Source: an uncultured bacterium (lineage in GTDB: Bacteria > Krumholzibacteriota > Krumholzibacteriia > Krumholzibacteriales > Krumholzibacteriaceae). From it: 64,000 nt of DNA. The notes beneath the pieces were generated by a model that worked only from the letters and a program-made list of their open reading frames with translations, did no database searches and had not been told where the DNA came from. The DNA lies in the NCBI GenBank assembly GCA_963813815.1, contig CAWFAD010000008.1:16900-80899 (forward strand), written 5' to 3'. Positions within the stretch are counted from its first letter, which is position 1; every line of letters starts with the position of its first letter. Position numbers and translations under genes: made by a program. This document shows, one piece after another, positions 57,000 to 64,000 of the stretch.

Positions 57000-59251
57000 T
57001 CAGCGCAACAATATGAGCTTCTTGGCCTCGACTTGACCCTCGGCGATGAAGCTCGCGAAATACACTCCGCTCGCGAGCCGCGTTCCCGCGTCGTTCATTC
57101 CGTCCCAGCTCGCGGTGTGCGGCCCGGCCTCGGTCGTCCTGTCCGCGACGAGCGTTCTCACCCTGCGCCCCGCGACGTCGTAGATCGCGAGCGTCACCCT
57201 GGCGCGCTTCGCCAGATAATATTCGATGGTCGTCGCGGGATTGAACGGGTTCGGATAGGAGCCCCGGAGCATCGTCCGGCTTCCTCCATCGGGAAGATCG
57301 TGGCCCGTCGCGTCATCCGCGATGCCCGCGAGTCGAATGTCCCTGCACCGGAAGCCCTGATCGTCGACCGTAACGACCTCCATGAGGTACAGACCGCCCG
57401 GGAAGGGCGAGGTGTCCCACCGAAGCGTGTCCACGAGACCGTTGCCGCGGACCGGCCCGGAGGCGACAAGCAACCACGGCGCGCGATCGGCCGTCCCGAG
57501 CGAGCTTCTCGCGAGCGGGGAAGGCACCGGCGCGCCCTCGGGCGGCGAAACCTTGATGTACCCGGCCACCTTGGCGTCCCCTCCCGCCCCATTGAGATCG
57601 TACCCCTCGGTCGACGGCTGACCCCCCCCGCCCGCGTCGAGCGGGTAGTCGTTGTCGGCCTGCGCGCCTCCGCCCCACGGATCCATGAAGTCGATACGCG
57701 TCTCGGGCGTTCCGGTGTAGTCCGAGTGCGTCGAGCCGAGGGTCACGGCGTGGGCGCTGGTGTCGCCGGCGGCCGTCGTGTCCTCGAGAATCACGATCAC
57801 GTCCTCGCTGTCTGATTCGAACTCGCGGAACATTTCAGCGAGATCGGTGGCGTCGTCCACCGGGTGCCAATCGACCGCCCAGCCGCTCTCGCCGTGGCCC
57901 TGGAGGTAGCCGCCGATTCCGGCGACCATATTATCGGGGGTCGTTCCTTTACTCGTCGTTCCCATGGCGCCCTGCAGCTCCCTCGCCATATCCTCGCCGC
58001 TCATCTCGGGCCTCGCCTCGTCCCCGCCCACGTTATCGAGACCGGGATACCCCTTGCCGGCGAAGTACTTGAGACACGACGCCGCGGCCGCCGGCCCGCA
58101 CGACACCGAATCGAGATCTGTTCCGAGCCCGAGCTGGTCGACCGGGGTGAGCGCCCTCTCGAAATCCTTCTGCAGCGGGAACACCCAGATCTCGCTCATG
58201 CCGGGCGCCGGGAGCTCGTCGAAGAGCTGGTAGGTGACGTCGAAAAACGAATCGACGTCGTAATGCCCGATCGAGTCGCGTTGATGTCGAAGAACGAAGG
58301 GATCGGCGGAGTCGGATCGACCCAAACGTCGACCGTATCCTTGAAAACCCCGTACGGAGGGATCAGGAGCGCCGCTTCGAACTGAACGCACTGGCCCTCG
58401 AAGGGCTCAGAGCCCGGGTCGAAATACGCGGACCACCCGTCGCCCGAGCCCATCGGTTGAATCGTCGACAAGGCGCGAGCCGAGCCGTCCGTATCGACGT
58501 GGAACGGAACGAAAGGCCCCAAATCGCCGCAGGGCCGGTAGCTGAAAATGGCCTCCTCCGCGCTGTAGTCTCCGGCGAGACCCGCCGACATGTGGATCAT
58601 CCCGTCCTCGCCGACGATCGCCACCTCGGAGAGGTAGGCGGTCGAAACGGAGAGACGGACCTCGGGCTCGTAATGCGGGATCATCTCGTGCTCGATCGAC
58701 AGCACCATGGCGGCGGTAGATCCGTCGCCGCGCAAAAGCGGAACGGGCGGCATGCCCGGCTCCGATTCGAAGCGGTCGAAATAGGGCGGCCAGCCGCGCG
58801 GCAATCCGAAGGTGCGGACCGGGACGCCGAAACTCAGCGTGTCCTTCGGAAAACGCTCGGGAATCACCATCTCGAAGGTGACGTCGAAGAAGCTCTCGAC
58901 CCACGGCTCGGGATCGAGGAGATACGCCTTGCCCATGATGGGAAAGCCGGGAAGCTCCCTTCCCCAAACGCCGCTCCTGTTCCGCAAACGGATGGTATCG
59001 ATTCTCGAGTCGATCTCGAGATGCGGCGGGAAGAGCGGCGAGGGGTAGGGTGCGAGCCATTTCAGCTCGGCCGGCCCCCAGAGCCTGACGGTGTCCTGAA
59101 TGCCGAGCTCCGGGTAATCGATGAGCATCGTCATTCGCCAGTCGACCGTGGTCTCCTGCGGGCGCACCGCGGCCGGGAACAAGGCGCTCTGAAGAATCAA
59201 CATCCCCACTGATGCGGCGAGAACGCAAACGGCCTTTCCCCTGATGTCCAT
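57000..59251 (-). CDS. secreted papain-fold (C39-like) protein with FlgD-Ig C-terminal domain; -1 frameshift at ~58281
   Basis: Signal peptide in ORF 58196-59251; CGPAAAAS, HAVT, MDPW and YPNPFNP...WDG...SGVYF in ORF 57000-58391. Adding one base joins FFDI-x-RDSIGHY. Confidence 0.75.
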
Positions 59252-59459
59252 GGATCGACCTCCCCTAATCGGCGCGAGCCGGACGAAGCCTGCGTGACCG
59301 GCGCAATTATAGCACGGGAAGGGCGGGAAACTCCACCGGTTAACGGCGCATGGCGGACGCGTCCATCGCGTTCATTTGCAACGGGCTCGACGCCCCATTC
59401 TCGTCTTGACTCGCCGCGCGAGGCGGAGCATACTGTCTCCCGGAAAAAGGAGGTCAGAC

Positions 59460-60128
59460 ATGAGAAACGTCATAGTAATGGTCCTTCTCGCCGCGATGCT
59501 GGCCGGCGTCCACGAGTCGTGCGGCCTCAGCAAGACGGTGCAGGGCACGGCCATCGGCGCCGCGGCGGGCGGCGTGGTGGGAGGCATCATCGGCAAGCAG
59601 ACGGGGAACACCGCGGCGGGCGCCATCATCGGCGCGGCCGTCGGCGGAGCCGCCGGAGCCTACATCGGGAACTACATGGACAAGCAGGCGGAAGAGATGC
59701 AGCGCGACCTCGAGGGCGCGACGATCGAGCGCGTCGGCGAGGGCATCATGATCACGTTCGACTCGGGCATCCTCTTCGACGTCGACAAGGCGGCGCTCAA
59801 GGTCGACGCGCAGGCGAATCTCGACAAGCTCGCCGTCATCCTCAACAAGTACTCCGACACGAACATCATGGTCGACGGGCACACCGACGCGACGGGCTCG
59901 GAGGAATACAACCTGAAGCTCTCCCAGAGCAGATCGCAGTCGGTCGCGAACTACCTCGCGGGACTGCAGGTGATCCCTACCCGCATGACGATCATGGGGT
60001 ACGGCGAATCGCGGCCGGTCGCGCCGAACGAGACCGAGGAGGGGCGGACCCTGAACCGCCGCGTCGAGGTCGGCATCATGGCGAACGACAAGCTGAAAGA
60101 GGCGGCCGAAAAGAGCGCCGCGGGCTGA
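59460..60128 (+). CDS. OmpA-family lipoprotein with glycine zipper
   Basis: GAAAGGVVGG zipper; GHTD, YNLKLS and NRRVE motifs. Confidence 0.93.
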   Translation: MRNVIVMVLLAAMLAGVHESCGLSKTVQGTAIGAAAGGVVGGIIGKQTGNTAAGAIIGAAVGGAAGAYIGNYMDKQAEEMQRDLEGATIERVGEGIMITFDSGILFDVDKAALKVDAQANLDKLAVILNKYSDTNIMVDGHTDATGSEEYNLKLSQSRSQSVANYLAGLQVIPTRMTIMGYGESRPVAPNETEEGRTLNRRVEVGIMANDKLKEAAEKSAAG

Positions 60129-60210
60129 CGGTTTCGGAACGCCTTGCATGACGAGCGACGGCCGGGAGCCCTCGGGGCGCCCGGCTGTTCGCATGTTCGC
60201 CATTTCTCGA

Positions 60211-60239
60211 TTGACACGCCGGTGCCCACGTCCTAGCAT
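60211..60239 (+). promoter_or_regulatory. sigma70 promoter
   Basis: TTGACA-N17-TAGCAT immediately before the riboswitch. Confidence 0.7.
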
Positions 60240-60252
60240 TCGACCACACATA

Positions 60253-60411
60253 TTCCTCAGGTGCTCGCGAGGAGCCGAACAGGGAAGAGGGTGAGAATCC
60301 CTCACGGACCCGCCACTGTGAATGGCGAGCCTCCCGCCCGAAACCACTGGCGTAACGCTGGGAAGGGGGCGGGGGCGACGGAGCCACAAGTCAGGAGACC
60401 TGCCTGAGGAA
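60253..60411 (+). ncRNA. cobalamin riboswitch
   Basis: AGGGAA..GGTG.GAATCC, GCCACTG, CCACTG...GGGAAG and B12 box AGTCAGGAGACCTGCC; upstream of a TonB receptor. Confidence 0.95.
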
Positions 60412-60452
60412 TCCAACGGCATCGAAACTCACGATGGTGGAGGTTTCGCCGC

Positions 60453-62339
60453 ATGACTCATCACCGACCCGCTAGAATTCTCTTCGCGCTCGCGCTTCTC
60501 TCCTCCCCCGCCGGAGGAGCGCGCGGCGAGCCCGCCGGCGACGGCGAGAAGACGTACCCCGGCCCCGAGATCGTCGTCACCGCGACGCGCATCGAGTGGC
60601 CCGTCGAAAAGACCGCGGGGTTCATCACCGTCATCACGAGGGACGACATCCGCGCCCGCCGCGCGGAGACCGTCGCCGACGCGCTCCGTGCCGTTCCCTC
60701 CCTCGCCGTGGCGCGATCCGGGAGCGCGGGCAAGGCGACGAGCATCTTCATGAGAGGCGCGGCGAGCAACCACGTCCTCGTCATGCTCGACGGAGTGCCG
60801 CTCAACGATCCGACGACGGGGGCTTTCGACTTCTCCGACCTCTCGACCGCGGGGGTCGAGCGCATCGAGATCGTGCGGGGAGCGCACGGCGTGCTCTACG
60901 GCTCGAGCGCGATCGGCGGCGTGGTCAACATCATCACGCACGCGAAGCGCTCCGGCGCCCGGCGGAGCCTCACCGCCGCGGCGGGCTCGCTCGGGAGCGC
61001 CGAGGGGGCCGTCGCGATCTCCGGGGGCGGCGCCTCGCACAGCTACTCGTACTCGCTCTCCGGCATGAAAACCGACGGCAGGACGGACAACGACTTTCAC
61101 CGCCACGGAGCCTTTTCCGGCTCCGTCTCGACGGCGGTCACGGAGGCCGCGGACGTCTCGCTCAGCCTTCGCTGGAGCAGGGCGAGCACGGGGCTCAGCG
61201 GTCCGAGCTTCGACGGGGATCCCAACGCCCGGCAGGGCGGCGGCTCGTTCGTTTCGGCCGCGAACTACCGCCAGATCGTCAGCGGCTCCTGGAGCCACGA
61301 GGTCCGCGCCTCGTTTCTCTCGCGCGAGATCACGTGGAACGATCCCGTCGACCCGGCGGAGACGGATGAGTACGCGGGCGACGCCTTCTCGGAGATCAGC
61401 TCGAACGCGGCGAGCGCCGCCTGGCAGAACAATCTGCGGCTCGGCGAAGAGCTCTGGATCACCTCGGGCGCCGAATGGCGGGAGGAGCGGACGACGAACA
61501 GCGGTTACTCCCCCTTCGGCACGACGAGCTTCGACGACCGGATACGCAACGCGAGCGCGTTCGCGAACTGCATCGCCGACCGCGAGCGGCTCCCGACCAT
61601 CTCCGCCGGCGCGCGCCTCGACGATCACAGCGAGTTTGGCTCGGTCGCGACGTGGCGGTGCTCCGCCTCGTACGCCGTTCCCCGCGTTGGAACGACGATC
61701 AAGGCCTCGGCCGGCACGGGGCTCCGCGCCCCGAGCCTGAACGAGCTCTACTACCCGGGCTACGGCAACCCCGCGCTCGTCCCCGAGCACAGCCGCGGCT
61801 GGGACTGCGGCGCGCGGCAGGATTTTTTCTCGGGCCGCGCGAGCGTCGAGGCGTCGTACTTCAACAACGAATACCGCGACATGATTTCGTTCGACTTCGC
61901 GACCTTCATGGCGGGCAACATCTACGAGGCCTCGAGCGACGGCGTGGAGCTTCGCGCGGGGCTCCGGCCGAGCGGCGGAATCGCCGTCGAAGGGTACTAC
62001 GCCTACACGCGGACCGAAGACCGCTCCACCGGCGAGTGGCTCCTCCGCCGTCCGCGGCACGCGGGCGGGGCGACCGTGGCGTGGGACGCGGGCCCGGTCG
62101 AGATGTTCGTCTCGGCGGCGGTCTCCGGCAGGCGGCTCGACAACGATTTCGGCGGTCCCCTCGGGGAGCATTACACGGAGGCCTACACGCTCCTCGACGC
62201 GGCGATCGCGTGGCGGCCCGCGCGGGGGTACGAGGTGTTTTGCCGGGGAGGCAACCTCCTCGACGAGCGGTACGACGAGGTCGCGGGGTATCCGGCGCCG
62301 GCGAGGTCGTTCGCCGTGGGGACGACGGTGGAATTCTGA
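60453..62339 (+). CDS. btuB: TonB-dependent vitamin B12 receptor
   Basis: VVTATR, IERIEIVRG..YGSSAIGGVVNII, LLRRPRH, NLLDERY and terminal F; riboswitch upstream. Confidence 0.88.
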   Translation: MTHHRPARILFALALLSSPAGGARGEPAGDGEKTYPGPEIVVTATRIEWPVEKTAGFITVITRDDIRARRAETVADALRAVPSLAVARSGSAGKATSIFMRGAASNHVLVMLDGVPLNDPTTGAFDFSDLSTAGVERIEIVRGAHGVLYGSSAIGGVVNIITHAKRSGARRSLTAAAGSLGSAEGAVAISGGGASHSYSYSLSGMKTDGRTDNDFHRHGAFSGSVSTAVTEAADVSLSLRWSRASTGLSGPSFDGDPNARQGGGSFVSAANYRQIVSGSWSHEVRASFLSREITWNDPVDPAETDEYAGDAFSEISSNAASAAWQNNLRLGEELWITSGAEWREERTTNSGYSPFGTTSFDDRIRNASAFANCIADRERLPTISAGARLDDHSEFGSVATWRCSASYAVPRVGTTIKASAGTGLRAPSLNELYYPGYGNPALVPEHSRGWDCGARQDFFSGRASVEASYFNNEYRDMISFDFATFMAGNIYEASSDGVELRAGLRPSGGIAVEGYYAYTRTEDRSTGEWLLRRPRHAGGATVAWDAGPVEMFVSAAVSGRRLDNDFGGPLGEHYTEAYTLLDAAIAWRPARGYEVFCRGGNLLDERYDEVAGYPAPARSFAVGTTVEF

Positions 62340-62430
62340 CGGGCGCCGTGGTATACTGCCCGAGCCCGCTTCGCGCGGGTCTTCAGCCGGCGCGGCGCCG
62401 GCGTTCGCGAATCACGAAAGGGGGACCGCC

Positions 62431-62634
62431 ATGGCAGTCGCACGGGTAACCGAGATCGTCGCGTCCTCGCCGAAGGGTTGGGCCGAGGCGGCTCAGGAGG
62501 GCTTCAGGCGCGCGGGCAAGACGCTCCGCGGCATCACCGGTCTCGAGGTCGTCAAGCAGACCGCCCACATCGAGGGCGGCAAGATCGTCGAGTACCGCGT
62601 GACGATGCGCTTGATCTTCGTTCTCGAGGAATAG
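62431..62634 (+). CDS. dodecin family protein
   Basis: EIVASSPKGWAEA...KTLRGI...EYRV. Confidence 0.9.
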   Translation: MAVARVTEIVASSPKGWAEAAQEGFRRAGKTLRGITGLEVVKQTAHIEGGKIVEYRVTMRLIFVLEE

Positions 62635-62665
62635 GCGCGCCCGCGTACGGACCGCGGCCTTCGAG

Positions 62666-62694
62666 CGAGCCCGGCCCCTCGGCCGGGCTCGTTT
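62666..62694 (+). terminator. intrinsic terminator between convergent genes
   Basis: CGAGCCCGGCC-CCTC-GGCCGGGCTCG followed by TTT. Confidence 0.7.
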
Positions 62695-63371
62695 CACGTC
62701 TGCGACCGGTAGTCCTCGGCGTGGTGCCTCACGATGACGCCCTCCACCATGTAGATCACGTCTTCGGCGACGTTCGTCGCGTGATCGGCGATGCGCTCGA
62801 GGTGGCGCGAGCACGAGAGGAGATGGATGAGGCTTTCGAGCTGCTCGGGCCTCCGGCGGATGGCCTCCTGGATGCGGACGTACATGTCGCGGTTCATGGC
62901 GTCCACCTCGTCGTCGGCGACGAGCACCTCGCGGGCGAGCACCGAATCGCGGTTGATGAGCGCGTCGAGGCTCCGCCGGAGCATTCCCTTCGTTTTCTCG
63001 GCCATGAGCGGCAGATCGAGCGGGATCTCGGGGCGCTCGCGCGAGGCGAGAAACACCGCGCGCTCGGCGATGTTGACCGCGAGATCGCCCATCCGCTCAA
63101 GGTCGTTGTTGATCTTGAGAATGGCGACGATGAATCGCAGATCCCCGGCGACGGGCTGATGCAGCGCGAGCACCTTGAGACATTCCTCCTCGATGAGGAT
63201 CTCGGTCTGATCGACGTCGCGGTCGTCCGACGCGATGACCTCTTCCGCGAGGGACGAGTCGCGATCGGTGAGCGCGCGGACCGCCTTGTAGACGTTGTCC
63301 TCGACGGTGGCGCTCAGCGCGAGCACCCGCTTTTTGAGAATACTGATTTCACGTTCCAGATGTTTGGGCAC
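62694..63371 (-). CDS. phoU: phosphate signalling protein PhoU
   Basis: QPVAGDLR, DLERMGD and LERIADHATN. Confidence 0.95.
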   Translation of the reverse strand: MPKHLEREISILKKRVLALSATVEDNVYKAVRALTDRDSSLAEEVIASDDRDVDQTEILIEEECLKVLALHQPVAGDLRFIVAILKINNDLERMGDLAVNIAERAVFLASRERPEIPLDLPLMAEKTKGMLRRSLDALINRDSVLAREVLVADDEVDAMNRDMYVRIQEAIRRRPEQLESLIHLLSCSRHLERIADHATNVAEDVIYMVEGVIVRHHAEDYRSQT

Positions 63372-63427
63372 GATTCACTCCGTCCGGTTGGATTGTTTCG
63401 CCGCCGCGGGGCGGCGCCCGCCGCTCA

Positions 63428-64000
63428 TCAGCCGAAGCGGCCCGTGATGTAGTCTTCCGTGTGCTTCTCTTTCGGCTTCGTGAACACCCGATCGGTGTTG
63501 CCGAATTCTATCAGACGCCCCTCGTAAAAGTAAGCCGTCATGTCGGAGACGCGCGCGGCCTGCTGCATGTTGTGCGTGACGATCACGATCGTGTAATCGC
63601 CCCGCAGCTCGCCGATGAGATCCTCTATCCGGGCGGTCGAGCGCGGATCGAGGGCCGAGGCCGGCTCGTCCATGAGGAGAATTTTCGGATTCACGGCGAT
63701 CGCGCGCGCGATGCAGAGCCGCTGCTGCTGGCCGCCCGAGAGCCCGAGGGCGTTATCCGCCAGCCGGTCCTTGACCTCGTCCCAGAGAGCGGCGCGCCTG
63801 AGGCTGCGCTCGACGGTCTCCGCGATTTTCGACCGGTCCCCCGTCCCGTGGATGCGCGGACCGAAGGCGACGTTGTCGAATATGCTCTTCGGGAACGGGT
63901 TCGGCTTCTGAAACACCATCCCGACCATCTTGCGCAGCGACACGACGTCGACGTCGGCGTCGTAGAGGCTCTGGCCGTCGAGGGCGAGCGAGCCGGCCGC
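63428..64000 (-). CDS. pstB: phosphate ABC transporter ATPase (5' part outside window)
   Basis: [34 protein letters not shown] and YITGRFG. Confidence 0.95.
   Translation of the reverse strand, partial: AAGSLALDGQSLYDADVDVVSLRKMVGMVFQKPNPFPKSIFDNVAFGPRIHGTGDRSKIAETVERSLRRAALWDEVKDRLADNALGLSGGQQQRLCIARAIAVNPKILLMDEPASALDPRSTARIEDLIGELRGDYTIVIVTHNMQQAARVSDMTAYFYEGRLIEFGNTDRVFTKPKEKHTEDYITGRFG

Overview
High-GC bacterial chromosomal window, tentatively an FCB-superphylum candidate lineage such as Krumholzibacteriota, Latescibacterota or Eisenbacteria (judged only from a C-terminal 'SSWGAIKSLF' motif and an FlgD-Ig-tailed secreted protein). From left to right it carries a GH92/GH2 mannosidase pair; a BcsA-like exopolysaccharide synthase operon divergent from a type IV minor-pilin operon that includes a ~990-aa adhesin-fused pilin; an S9 peptidase and a Nal1-like protease; and the tmRNA gene. 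The tmRNA is followed by a ~7.5 kb accessory region punctuated by four degenerate copies of a site sharing the tmRNA 3'-end core (TCCACCA). These split the region into cassette-like cargo blocks, with remnants of an HTH reading frame that crosses the site and no integrase present. This is the most unusual feature of the window. Further right are a second accessory, stress-type region ending in a 5'-truncated GH94 gene, a sigma-54 two-component system, HU, a thioredoxin-like gene with two 10-Cys secreted peptide genes, glycosyltransferases, a YchF-like ATPase, ompA, a cobalamin riboswitch with btuB, dodecin, phoU and a partial pstB. Several single-base indels, probably assembly errors, interrupt genes. 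All product calls come from motif recognition by eye; no database searches were run.
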